From NCBI RefSeq assembly GCF_006345805.1, contig NC_042997.1:4526001-4590000 (forward strand): a stretch of DNA of 64,000 nucleotides, read 5' to 3'. The position numbers were made by a program, and so were the translations under genes. The DNA comes from Octopus sinensis. Its lineage: Eukaryota. Positions 41,401 through 55,740 of this stretch are shown here, piece by piece. Numbering within the stretch: position 1 is the stretch's first letter; every line of letters begins with the position of its first letter. The notes under the pieces were generated by a model, which saw nothing but the letters and a program-made list of their open reading frames with translations, was not told the DNA's origin and did not search any database.

Positions 41401-42032
41401 TATATGTATGTGTATTCACAGGTGTACATATGAATATGCGTATCTACAGCACACAAAGAACATTTATACGCTTCCCCATATATAACCACAGGCTGAACTG
41501 TTTTTGTTTCATTCTTAACAAACGATAGTGAATTGTTTATCTACCTATTATTAAGTTTCCACAAAGCAATGAAACCTATTTAGAAGACAGCAAATATTCT
41601 TGCCGGTTCTGCTATTGTAATTCTGAACGTGGTTTAGTCATATCCAATCTAATAAATAAGCATTAGTTATTTGATGACTATTTTGAGGTCAAAATCACTG
41701 CCCTGAAACTGTTCGGTTTAGGAAAGCGTGGCGATTATTTCAATTTGCTATTACAACGTTCACTTTGTTTGGCAATATATTTATTAACAATTACTTCTTT
41801 CTATTTTGAGAGCTGCATTATCATCTTTAGCTTTTCAATGTATAGAATATATATATCGTATTATATGATGTATGTTGTTAGTCGTAATTGGGTTATAATA
41901 GCGGTTTACCTTTGTATTGTTAGCATTTCTGTATTATGTGCTGCCATTCTTCATTCTGTATTATAGTTGCGTCTCTATACTTGAAATACGTTTGTTAATG
42001 ATACATATATTTATTTAACTATCTATCTATCT

Positions 42033-42108
<76 letters not shown>

Positions 42109-43479
42109 TACACGCAAATGCGCACACTCACACATGCACACATATATATGTATGCACGCATACATACAAACAAACAACGATACAGCGAAACAACTAAATC
42201 TGGAAGATCATTCATCACTATGGAAAGGTATATATTGGCATGTATATCTTTAATGGTATCTGGCATTTTAAATTATTTGCAATCCGAAAATTCTTGTCTC
42301 TTCTTTCCTTTGGTAAGCCACTCATTGTTTACTGAGGTTATGTGACTATTGTTTCAGCACAATAATTTAGAAATGTGTCCCATCAATTTTGTTAAAATGT
42401 ACATTGCTATTATTTTTTTGAGATATAATAGTAACATATACCTCAATTGATTTTAGTTTTCATAATCTCTGTGAAAACTGTCATGACAAACAGCATTGCT
42501 TTGGAAAAATCATAATTCACTAAGCGGAATGGTATGTTATTTTCGATGACTTCTGAGCACTATGGGTGAAGCCTGCGTAAGAATATAATTTAATAATTTG
42601 TAATGCCAGGCATTCAGTGTCAGGCTCTCAGCGTGGTGTAAAATATATGTTTTGCATGAAGCAATGTAAAAATGTTCTATATATTTGGAACGCGTTACCT
42701 AATTACAAATACATATTTTTATCTACATTTGTAGGAACAGCTATGAAGCACCGAAAATTGAACCAATCGAATTGCATATTCCTAATACTTCTAATGTGTT
42801 TTAATATGGATAAAATATCTAGAGATCCATTACTCAAACAACTACTCTCATTTGAACAGCAACATAGCGGTATGCATCCCAGTCGAATATATATCTAACT
42901 CAGGATTAATTAACATCCACACAGGGCGGTTAGTAAAGTACTAATTATATGATTTAGAGGTTCAGTTCTGGCTAATCTTGGAGGCCTAATGGATTTATGA
43001 AATGCTGAATGCGTATTTTGACTGTGTGAGATATTTGACAAAAACCATTAAATGTTATGATGTTTCAATATACTTCCTACCTTCAAACTTATTATACTAT
43101 AGCTGTTATAAGTATACAATATATATGCATGTTTCGGGGCGCATGTTGGTGTATGCATGGATGTGAGAACGTTTGTGTGCATCTGCGCGTATGTGCATTC
43201 TGTTGTGTTTATATGGGAGGATGTGTGTCTCAGTACATGTGATTTTGAATATTTATTTTAGATGATATTTCTCTATACCAATATATACGCACATAAACAT
43301 AACAACGCACAGACACACATACGGAAACACACAGACAGAACAACGCAAACAAACATGTAAACAAACACACGTGCTCGCAAGTATAAGAATTTGCGGACGC
43401 TAAAAATAAAAAAAAACACCGCAAATGTAACATACCCAAAAACATTTAGCAAACAAAATGAAGAACAAATAATAAACAA

Positions 43480-44420
43480 TTGGCAAATAAAAACAATTCA
43501 ACGGCAGTAACTCAGAGAAATCAAAGTCGCAGACTAGATCAACACCTGGAGATGTTCAAGAAAAAAATTACCTGAAAGGATGCATTGAGGCACTGTTGAG
43601 CAGCTCTTAGGAATAAGCACTGACAACTAATTACACTGTTTCAAATATATAAGATCAATGAATCAACCAGTTGTAGGATGTGAGGAAGTATAAATGAAAC
43701 AATCTCACATGCTGTGAGTGAGTGTAGCAAATTGGCCCATGGACACTACAAAAGGAGGCACTATGACGTGGCTAAGACTTTTATATGGAGACTGTAGGAA
43801 AATATTGTGTGGGCACAGAACGGAAATAGTACAACCATGGACCAGACGACGTCAATGTAGGATTTAACAATCGAATGTGACTCTCTAATCGATACTCCGA
43901 GAACAAGCATTGTCGTGGTGGATAAAAGGAAAATAGGAAATCGAGATCATATACGTTGCCATATCTGGGAATGCACATGTAGATGACAAAAAGCTTGAAC
44001 ATTTGGTAAAATACAAAAGCTAAAAGATAGAATTGCAAGAATGAACACAGGCAGGAGAACGCCTATTATCCTAATAGATGTAGAGGCACCCAGAGCATTA
44101 ACAACCATGCTCTGAGAAATCGGAATTGACATGAGAGCAAAGGAATCCCAAAATCTGCCCTAGAGGGGCACAGGCAGGATTCTGAGATTGGTGTTTGGGT
44201 GTTTAGTGTCGTAAACTATTAGTTCACATAACATTGTTTATAATTTGCGGAAAGGGACATTGTGAGACCTCTAACAACAACCTTCTACCTGCTGTCACTG
44301 AAACAACTAGACCAAAGATGACCAATCTCCATGGAAAAGTAAAATAACAATAGCCTTAGTTCACTGGTAGTGAACAGCTGACCCTGTTGTGCATCTCCGT
44401 CGTTAGAAGCTGTGCAAGGG
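43480..44420 (+). mobile_element. R4/Dong-clade LINE 3' part (CCHC knuckle + RLE), decayed
   Basis: CRM*GSINETISHAVSEC zinc knuckle, IVVVDK, KY..L..EL and PII.. remnants; ends in (AAT)n at 44422. Confidence 0.75.
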
Positions 44421-44421
44421 C

Positions 44422-44642
<221 letters not shown>

Positions 44643-44644
44643 TT

Positions 44645-45128
44645 TGTTTTGAATAGGACTCTCTATTCAAAAACAAATCTAATCTAATAACATGGGTGGA
44701 ATGGGATAAATGAATCTGTGGAAGAGTTGAAGGAAACCGTCTTTCAACGAAAATAATCACGAAAATGAAATTTTACTGACATATAAAGCACAGTTTCTCC
44801 TATTTTCTCGATGTCTCAATGAAATATGTCCGAAGCAAAAACCAAATAACTAATCAAAATACTTTTAAAGAGATTGAACATATCACCAAGTGATCTGAAT
44901 TGAAAGTGGGCAAGACTTCATGGAATGCAAGAGGGTAATTTAAATGTGATACAAATGTTGATCGGAGCGTTGACCTCAATCCTATGGAAACTTCACAACT
45001 TCTAAACAGAAATGCAAGATTGATGTCTTGCAAAAAGGAGCCTTCTTGCGCACATGCACATCATAAGGAAAGTATTAGCTGCCTAAAGTGCTTGTGACTT
45101 CACAGATGATAAAGACTCCGGTGCAATT
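44645..45128 (+). mobile_element. R4/Dong-clade LINE 3' end, decayed
   Basis: MLIGAL motif and a QKGA..TAHIIRKVL-like C-terminal remnant, starting right after (AAT)n. Confidence 0.55.
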
Positions 45129-45132
45129 TTAC

Positions 45133-45256
45133 TTATACTGTGTTACAAAGGAATGATATTGGAGGCTGGACATGACAGCGGATGGACGTGTTCTTCGCTG
45201 CTCTGCCCTGTCAGCAGATGAAGACACAGAAACAATAATAAAACCCAGCAGGACAA
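45133..45256 (-). CDS. Candidate exon with signal-peptide-like start
   Basis: TTTTTTCAG acceptor, AA|GTAAAA donor, GC-richer island; VLLGFIIVSVSSSADRAEQRRTRP... Confidence 0.25.
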
Positions 45257-46379
45257 CTGAAAAAAACTCTAAAAGAATGGAATATCTACAGTTTTCTGTG
45301 AGTATTTTGAATTTCACTCCAAATAAGTTAAGGAACTTACATATTTACAGCTTTCGACGTACAATCGAACACCTAAAAAAATATAGAAACATTGATATCT
45401 CCAATTTTGTGTCAACATTTTGCCTTCCCTTCTTCCCTGACTAACAGAATATGTAAACATGCCTTTTATTGTAACAACACACATACATGATAATAAAAAA
45501 AAGGAAGTAAGCACATGCCGATATATAGATACGACACAACTACGAAAACTGTAAACAACAGCAAAACTTTAAAAAAGAAAAGAACATTTCCAAAAGAAAA
45601 AGAAATTCAGAAATTCAAAAATCCTATGAGATGAGTATCCTTTTCTCCCACAATTCACATAGATAGGAATATCTACAATTTCCTCGAAATATTTTAAATC
45701 TCCCTCAAAATAAAATAAGTTAGGAAACTTACATACCTAAAGCTTTCGAACGATCAACTTAAAAAATACTTTAACATTTACAACTACTGTTTCCGTACAT
45801 ATCATCTCCTCTCTCCCTAAGTATTCGAAAATGTAAACATCATCCTCCTTTTTGTTCTAAGAACACTACCATTTCTCTCTGTGCAGTTATACAAAATACC
45901 ATATTTAGTAAATCTTAAAATTTTATTATCTACAACTTATTTGCCTTTCTTTTTGACTCTCACGGAGTATTCGAAAATGTAAATATTCTTTTCATTGCAG
46001 AAGTCCTACTGTATTCTCCAACTGGAAAGACAGACGAAGATCTCAAGAAATCTTTAAAAAAGACATTGATATTATTACCCAAATACGTAGACACACCTTT
46101 TATTGCAACAACACAATTGAATTCAGAAATTCAAAGATTCAACAATATGAACATACGTATATGTGTGTGTGTATATATGGGTGTATATATATATATATAT
46201 AGAATATATATATATGGGTGTGTGTGATTGTGTATAGAAGAATATATTAATAAAAAGAATTCCAACCTTGTCTGATTTTCACGTTTTATTTACAATCTTA
46301 TAATGATATATTATAAGATAATATATTATAATTGAATAAAATAAAATGAAATAGTAGAATGTTAAATATTCATTCTGAT

Positions 46380-46424
46380 TGAACTAGTACTTTCATGCAT
46401 TGAATTCTGCAATCTTCGGGTTCA
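46380..46424 (-). ncRNA. Minimal type-I hammerhead ribozyme, U4C core variant
   Basis: Minus: UGAAC-CCGAAGA-U-UGCA-gaauucaa-UGCA-U-GAAA-GUAC-UA-GUUCA. 5-bp stem I; palindromic stem III AGUACU. Confidence 0.7.
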
Positions 46425-47025
46425 TGTAGTAGTGTTGACAGTCATGCTTCACAATTTTTGACTGTAGCAAGATGATTGATTCTGTGCTATAAATACAGCT
46501 GGGTAGGCTCCAGAGTGCTAGGTTTTGCAAACAGTATTCTGACCAATCAGTGTGTAGTATCACTCAATTACTTAAGCTGATTGGTTGGTTGAGCTGATTG
46601 GTTTAGGCGTCACGCTTTGTTGGACATGTCAAGAGTCCTGTATCTTGACCCTGGCCGAAGCAGCAATTGTTGGGTTATTTTTAGAAATGTTGTAAATATC
46701 CTTTGTCAGAGATTTTTATATTTTTATATTTCAATTGTCATCATCATCATTGTCAGCACCTTAATTATTGTTGCTAGTGGTGATGGTTATGGCAATAGAA
46801 CTTTTAACCCTAAATAAGATAATTTTCCTGCTATCTTCGTCTTGATCACCTTTAGTATTGTTGTTGTTGTTAGTGGTCATGGTCGTAGCAGTAGAAGTAA
46901 TACCTCTAAGTATTATTATTATTATTATTGCTTATTTAGCTTGGGTTCGAATTTATCAATAAAATTCTTTTCTCTGATTTTCCTCTCGATTTCACTTGGG
47001 CTGTGTAATTTGTAGAATGGAAATA

Positions 47026-47132
<107 letters not shown>

Positions 47133-47370
47133 ATTATATATATATATATTATATATATATATATATTATATATATATAATATATTCAGTATATGTATATT
47201 CAGTATATGTATATTCTGTAGAAAACATTGTAGATCTTCAGCTGTGCTAAAAAGTCACGTTCGATCACAGCAGTAACAGTTAAGATTCGTGCAATGGCCA
47301 TACTCGATAACGAGGGGGCAGCCATCATGTCATATATGTATATATATAAATATATTATTATTATTATTAA

Positions 47371-47444
<74 letters not shown>

Positions 47445-47476
47445 TATTATTATTATTATTATCATCATCATTATTC

Positions 47477-47730
47477 AGTAGTTTTATTTTTATAGCGTGC
47501 TTTCACTTCACTACCGAGCGCAGCTCTGTGTGCCTAGGATATGTGCTGTGATTTCTTGTGATGCTCTGATTGTTATTGTATGGAAAGTGTTCTGCGTAGG
47601 ATGTGTGCAAAACCTAATAGTGCAACGTTCTGTATGTTATACGTGTTTGTAAGTCCTGGTGTTTTTATTATGTATTTGTCTGAATATTTCTTTATTATAC
47701 CTAATGCACCTACTATGTTAGGAACTGTTT
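47477..47730 (-). mobile_element. R4/Dong 3' end, same family as 5640-6220
   Basis: Closely similar to 5640-5900; (ATT)n on both sides. Confidence 0.9.
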
Positions 47731-47769
47731 TTTTATTATTATTTATTTTTTTTAAATTATTATTATTAC

Positions 47770-47833
<64 letters not shown>

Positions 47834-48095
47834 AGTCTATGTTGACTTTTGCTTTACATTTGTACAACTTGGCTCCAAGTCTCAGCCAGAGACCTCATGA
47901 GACAACAAGTTGGAAGTTCATGTTGGTGTTATGCCTAGGGTGCTATATATTTTGTTTTCTACTTAGTGTTGTACTAGTGAATGTCTAAAAAACATACGGA
48001 AATTATGTTTGTTTTAAAACTTGAGATTACATAGAAAGTATTTTGCGTAGGATACGAGCAGTTTCCATGCGCACTATCTTTTGAATTTTTGCGAT
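47834..48095 (-). mobile_element. R4/Dong 3' end (different family)
   Basis: Minus: IQKIVRMETARILRKILSM* plus 3'UTR, between (ATT)n tracts. Confidence 0.7.
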
Positions 48096-48143
48096 TTTGG
48101 GGTTTCCTGGCATCTGTGTTAGGTAGCAATAAGTGCCTTATGC

Positions 48144-48683
<540 letters not shown>

Positions 48684-48685
48684 TA

Positions 48686-48726
<41 letters not shown>

Positions 48727-48793
48727 TATTATTATTACTATTATTATTATTATTACTATTATTATTATTATTATTAGTATTATTATCATTATC

Positions 48794-48827
<34 letters not shown>

Positions 48828-48887
48828 TTATTAATATTAATATTATTATTATTGTTATTATTATCATCATCATTATCATCATTATAT

Positions 48888-49285
48888 GAAAACTCACACC
48901 CTATTTTGCTGGGTATGATGGGAAGAGTCAGCTGCCCACAGCCAACAAACTAAGGTGACGCTTGTTTACTGGTCATTCTCAAAGAACCCTGAGAAGAATT
49001 CTTGCAGTTCTGAGCAATGCTGATTTTTGTAGGTGTTCCATCTTCAGACTTGCGCCAACCTTTTTCAGTCATGTTGTTAGTTGCGTGCTCATACTTCGGA
49101 GTGCGCCAATTTTTTTTAATACCACGTCTACTCTCTTCATTGACCGGAACCTTCGAATTTCCCACATCAAATCTTCAGAGTTATTTTGTTTTTTCTTCGT
49201 TACGCAATTTTCAGTTTTGATGACGTCTTCTTCGTGTGTTGCAACAGTGGCCACGGCATTTTTTTCTATAACACATCTGCGTTTC
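48888..49285 (-). mobile_element. R4/Dong 3' end (further family)
   Basis: EDLMWEIRRFRSMKRVDVV..IGAL RLE C-terminal remnant; ends at (TAA)n. Confidence 0.65.
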
Positions 49286-49286
49286 G

Positions 49287-49482
49287 CTCTGGTAGAATCG
49301 TTAGCACCCCTGGCAAGATGTTTTGCGGTATTTTGTCTGTTTTTCGATCTGGTGTCAATAATCGCCAAGGTAGACTTTGGCTTTCATCCTTTCCAAGTCG
49401 ATAAAATAAGTATCACTTGAGCACTCTAATGGACTACTTCCCTCCACCCAAATTTCAGGTCTTGTGCCTTTAGTAGAAACGA
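49287..49482 (+). mobile_element. tRNA-derived SINE
   Basis: ggtagaatcgttagcac...gactttggctttcatcctttc..gtcgataaaataagta; same family as 10924. Confidence 0.8.
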
Positions 49483-50906
49483 TTATCATTTTTGTTGTTG
49501 TTACTACTACTACTACTACTACTACTACTACACTACTACTACTACTACTACTACTACAACTACTACTACTACTAGCGATTTTTAATGTTTCTCATAAACT
49601 GTAGCTAAAATAATATATGTACTGTGAAAACAATAAGTATTAGAAGATACTTTAGTGAATTTATCATAAGCAATTTTCTTAACACGCACAAGGTTAAAGG
49701 TGAAATGGGCACAACATTACAAAAATACGAGAGAATTTTATGAATATGAAATTGAGTCATTGAGGTAACACAAATAATCCGTTATTGATAAAGGTAAATA
49801 GATATTGATTCTGATATTTATTCTTCGTTTTACTTACTTAACGTATATGGTGCACTTGATGCTAACCTATAATTTCCTGAAAGTGTTTTTGTAATTATTT
49901 AGGCTGCCTATCCATTAGACCGGCTGAAGAAATATTTATTGTATATTAGTGATGGAGCTATATTCAGCCATTTTGGCGGTAAGAACATTATAGCAAAATA
50001 GTTAAAGCGCAAAGGGAAAATGGGTATTTCTATCTGGTGTTACCGCTGATGTGTTAAGAGGGCACACACGCATTATAAACTGTACGTTTCTGTTCGTTAA
50101 CAGCAATGTACTCATGCAGTAAATGTCATGAGCGTCCCGAAACTCAACCAACTCTGACAGTGCACTAATAAATTCAACAAATGACTGATAGGCACTTGTG
50201 TTAGATATAAATAAAAATGCATTCTCTGCATCATTATACTTGCCCACATGCATGTATGTTGAGTGTTTTAAAAAGAGTGATATGAATGCAGCAACTGTTG
50301 TCTAAACACTGAGATACAACCAAGTTGCTCTTCATAGAGGAGATACATGATAGATTAGCAGCGGATCTAAAACACAATGCCTTTCTTCCATAAGAATTTT
50401 GGCGTTCGGAAAACCAACGATGAGAGAAGCCGTAGAAAATATAATTAGTTGTTGGATTTCATAACGTGAATGTCTTTTCACATCAGTGTGAATGAAGTGT
50501 ACAACACTCAGAGAATGGGAGTAAAACAATTAAAAAATTTAAGCCAAAAATAGCGGCAATACAATGTACTGGATGATACATTTTAGTAATATTTTAAAAC
50601 AAACAGCTTCTCAGGAAGATTATGTATGAGAAATCTACTGAACTACGACGGAATATACAAAGCGCTAGTAACGGTCATGTATCGGAGGAAATCTGAGGTG
50701 ATTTGTTGCTTTGAATATAGCCTCTCAAAAGCGTGTGGCGAAGAATTACGCTAAAAAGGTCTAAAAAACTAAACAATGATAAAAACATGAGAACGTCTCA
50801 CAATATTTAATTAGCCTGAGACAATTATTATGTTCTCAAAAGATGGGCGTTCAACAGAAATCTAGAACCTAACAATGATTTTCTTTTCTCTTAATCATTC
50901 TTAAAA

Positions 50907-51240
50907 TCTATATACATAAAACTAAGAATGTGTGTCTGACTATATGTGTGCATCACTAAAACTGGAGAACTATCAAACCGATTTCATTCAAATTTTACGC
51001 ATGCCTTACTTAGGGTCCATACATTGTCAAAGCCCCCCCCCCCAAAGTTTCAACTTCGTGCCTACTCCGAGCCCGGAGCAATCTCTTATCTCTTACACTA
51101 TTTCAGTATTACGTGTCAAAACTGAAACAATAACATCACTATTGTAATATAAGATAGTACGTCTACTTTTTATTAGTTTCACTATGGATACACTATGCAT
51201 ATATGTTCACACACAGTTAAACTGTTACTACTAAAATTAT
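50907..51240 (+). mobile_element. Helitron-like non-autonomous 5' end
   Basis: A|TCtatatacataaaactaagaatgtgtgtctg...accgatttcattcaaattttac; second copy on the minus strand ending at 58074. Confidence 0.6.
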
Positions 51241-51259
51241 TATCTCGCATATATACATG

Positions 51260-51295
<36 letters not shown>

Positions 51296-51317
51296 GCATA
51301 TATAAATATGTGATGTA

Positions 51318-52228
51318 CAGCATGGCCAGAAAGTCTCTTTACAAATTAAAAAAAAATTACAAAGGCAGTTGATGCGATATTTTAATCAGATTTGTTTTAT
51401 TTTAATAATTGTTTATTCAAGTTTTTATTCATATAAATTTTTTGTGTTTCAGATATGCTGTTGATGGACACGAAACTAATTCACTAAACCCCTATAAAAT
51501 GGTTGCTCCTCATGAAAAGGCACAACGTGTATCCTGGTTTATTGGGACAAAATCGGATGTTCAGACTCAACGAAACTACAGAAGTAAGTATGGAAATTAT
51601 CCACTATCGCGTCCTTCAATTCGTGTATGGCACAAGAAATTTATGGAGACAGGGACAGTGTTGGATTAAGGAAGGAGCGGACGACCATGTTTCTTCAACG
51701 AGGCAACAATTACTGCAGGTGTTTACCTCGAAATTCAGACTAAATATGTGGCTCCACAACTGATTGATCTACAACCAACCATCATTTTCCAGTAAGATGG
51801 TGCACCACCACATTTGGCTACGGCATGTTTGTCAGTTTCTCAATCAAACATTTCCTGACAGATGGATTGGAAGAAATGGGCCAATTCCATGTTCGCCAGA
51901 TATCACTTCCTTGGACTTCTTTCTGTGGGGTTATGTAAAAGATATCATGTATCAAACAACGATACGCGACATTGCTGACTTGAAGCAAAGGATTCGTAAT
52001 GTCATTGCCACCGTTAAGGAGGCTATGCTACAGCGAATATGGCAAGAAATCGAGTACCGTTTTGATGTGCTTTGCGCACATAATGGTGCCCCTACTGAGG
52101 TCTATTAAATAATAGTTAAAATACTTTAATAAACAATTATTATAATAAAACAAATCTGGTTAATAAATCTTGTCAACTGCTTTTGTAATAACATTTTAAA
52201 ACTGTAAAGAGACTTTATGGACACCCTG
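51318..52228 (+). mobile_element. Tc1/mariner (rosa/DD41D-like) element, internally deleted, both TIRs present
   Basis: ~85-bp imperfect TIRs with TA outside each. N-terminal HTH (SIRVWHKKFMETGTVLD*GRSGRP) and catalytic C-terminus (DGAPPH...FPDRWIGR..SPDITSLDFFLWGYVK). Confidence 0.9.
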
Positions 52229-52245
52229 TATATATAAATATGTGA

Positions 52246-52298
<53 letters not shown>

Positions 52299-52392
52299 GT
52301 ATATATGTGTATATAAATCTGCCCATAAATATGTATATGTATATTTATGTGTGTATATATATGTATGTATATTATATGTATAAATATATGTA

Positions 52393-52453
<61 letters not shown>

Positions 52454-53025
52454 TTATATACATATATATATATATTAATAAATGAAATGAAACATATGCA
52501 TATATATAAACATATATGTACGTACCTACCTCTACATGTACACATACACGCATATATGAGTATAGGACACCAAAGGGACGTCGAACACAAAGAGAAACGA
52601 AAACATAGACACAAACCAAAGGAACTGGACATTTTTGTAAAAACAACAAAAAATGGAGTACAGGACAATTAACACAAAGAAAAAACACCTTCCTCAGTCG
52701 GTATGGTTTCATCTACTCTACGTTTCGAAGGATAAAAGCGAGACGTATCTTCGACAAGAAACTTTCCTTCCTGCGAAAAGCAAATCAATTAAAATTCTGA
52801 GATCTTTTTGCAGAGGGGTAAAAAATGGTAAAAAAATGGTAAAAAAACAGGACAGTAACGACAGTACAAAAATATAAACAGTAAAAGACAGGACAGGGAA
52901 ATACAAGATAAGAAGGGCTGTTGACGCCGTACGAAAAAAGTATTGCAAACGCAGAATTTTTTGTGAACGACTGGGGAGCAGGAAGAATGTCGTCCAGTTA
53001 CCTTGAAAGGCCAGGTATATATATA

Positions 53026-53096
<71 letters not shown>

Positions 53097-54478
53097 ATAT
53101 ATATAGATGTATATATATATATGTTGATGCATAAAGTTAGCAGACTTAGCGGTTGTAACAACTGATTAAGTGATAATAGTATCGGGAATTACTATAGGTA
53201 TCAATTACCAGTGCTATCCCTGGGTTTGAGTATGCAGGCACACTATGCTCATAGGGTACATGTAACAACAAAATAAACAAAGGTTTATCATGAATAAATT
53301 TTAAATAATCAGAATATAGATGAAACTTTTGATCACAAACAAACAAAATGAACCACATCGGTTGATCATTTTTTAATACAAATCCTGACATAGCATTTCT
53401 TACAGCCGTCTCCGCATCCATTATTGGTCCGTACTTACGAAAGAAATTCTGAAAATGATATACATAATCTTCATAGCCCGTTCGATCTAGTACATGGAGC
53501 TCCATCACAGTGAATACAAATGAGCAACATAAAATAAACAAAGGGTAGAGGGAATTGAAAAAACAGGGCCTACAGACGAGGCCAGAAGACTCAATGTACT
53601 AAAATCATACCCTATTGCAGCGTAGGGTTTGAAGTCGGTAGGCCAAAGAGTGAACTAGCAGTGGTTTAGGGAAATATTTACGGGTTATTTCTATGTAAAT
53701 GAGGAACCAGTGTGCCGTAATAGAATTGAAATTAAGTTAGTACTAAAATAAGAGAATTACCAATATGTCTGAGAAGTGAGTAGTATTTATGATATCGTAA
53801 ATAGGGATAGCTAATATTTATCTAAAAACAAAAGTGTAGGGTTCTTATTATGGTGAACCTACTGAAGTGTTGTAAAGACCACCACCTCTTGTCCGCAATG
53901 AAATTGACCAAAGTCTATCCATCTCTATAACTGGTCAATTATATTTGAATCACGGGCAAATGTTAAGACCTTTACAGGAAATATGTAAATAAAGGAGAAG
54001 ACGAAAGAGCAGACAAAGGGTACTAGGGAGAGGCTGTGATGTAATTGTCAGGAGGCCGCTTATGGCATTCTGAAACTTCTCAGCATAGCATAATTAAGAT
54101 TAAACTGAATGGCGTTAGTCAAACAGCTGTAATCTTTTGTTATAATTAAGGGAAGACAACTAGTACAAGAGAAATAAAGTTGAATCTTACTAGATAGCCA
54201 GTAAAATTGAAAGACGTGGTAATAATGGATGAGCAAGTAAATGTTTACGCGCTCCTAAGTAAATTCTGCCCCATAGGGTCAAAAGCAAAAAATCACAAAC
54301 ATTTAAGCAAATAAAATTTAAAATTAACGCACAAGCATATAACAACCATGGACACAAACTCAATATCACAAAACAGTTTACTAAATCTTACTTAATATGT
54401 ATTATATGATCATAACAGATTGTTTCGTTATGGGATTATGCAAGATTCTTTATATGTCGTCGTGTGTTGAAGCATATT

Positions 54479-55740
54479 CTGTTGTGTCTGGGGTGAGTCA
54501 TTCTCTTTTAATGCCTTATTATTTAACACACTTACCGGTAAAAGGCCCACTTATTTCTTATTTTTATTCTCTAAAATTTTCGTTGCCTGTTGCAGCCTTT
54601 TCAATAGTCTTGACTCTGTCCGTTATTTACACTGCATTCCCTTTTGTTTGTTTGTGCTCATGTGTATGGGTCAGTGTGTGTGTGTGTGTGTGTGTCTATA
54701 CATGCATCCATGTACGTATGTAAGTGTGTGTGTGTTTGCATGTGTATGTATGTAAATATGTTTGTGTATGCATATGTATGTATGTATGTGTGTGTGTGCA
54801 TCTGTATGTACGTATCCTGCATATTTATGTGCTTGCCTGTCCTTGTTTGTGTATTTTCTACGTATGTGTGTGTGAGCATGTGCTTGTATATATATGCACC
54901 ACTGTCTCCTTGAGTGTGCATATCTGTGTGTGTGCTATGTAACTATGTACCATGTTTGTATGCATGGATGTGCATCTATATATATGTGTCTGTTCATATA
55001 GTCTATATACCTATCCGTTTGTATATTGATCTGTTTATTTACATATCTAAATGCTTACATACAGAAATATAAAAAATTAAAAATAAAAAAAATTAAAAAA
55101 TATTTAAAAAATTAAAACTGAAAAAATATAAAAAATAAACAATATAAAAATAACAAAAATAATAATAAGCATTTAGATATGTAAATAAGCTGATCAATAT
55201 ACAAACGGATAGGTGTATAGACTATATGAACAGACACATATGGAGACTCGGATCCACACATATAAGTTGCACATCCATACATGCAAACATGGTACATAGT
55301 TACATAACACACACTTACAGATATGCACACACAAGGAGACAGAGGTGCATATATATAAAAAAACACATGCTCTCACACATACATAGAAAATACACAAACA
55401 CGGACAGGCAAGCACATACATATGCAGGATACGTACATACAGATGCACACACATACATGCATACATATGCATACACACACATATATGCATACATACACAT
55501 GCAAACAAACACACACACACATACATACGTACATGCATGCATGTATAGGCACAGACACACACACTGACCCACAAACATGCGCACAAACAAACACAACGGA
55601 CAGAGTTAAGACTATAGAAAAGGTTGCAACACGCAACGAAAATTTTAGAGAATAAAAATAAGAAATAAGTGGAAATTTTACCGGTGTGTGTGTTAAATGA
55701 TAAGGCACTAAAAGAGAATGACTCTCCCCAGACAGAACAG
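54479..55740. repeat. ~580-bp inverted repeat (pLTR-like) with ~110-bp AT spacer
   Basis: 54479-55057 is the reverse complement of 55167-55740. A third copy lies at ~56470-56716 with a foldback at 56715-56795. Confidence 0.9.

Noticed and set aside
52712-52775. Minus-strand GAAGGA...UCCUUC-GAAA-CG-UA, HHR-like 3' half
   Set aside because: No recognisable CUGANGA-type 5' core or convincing stem I; at best a dead copy.
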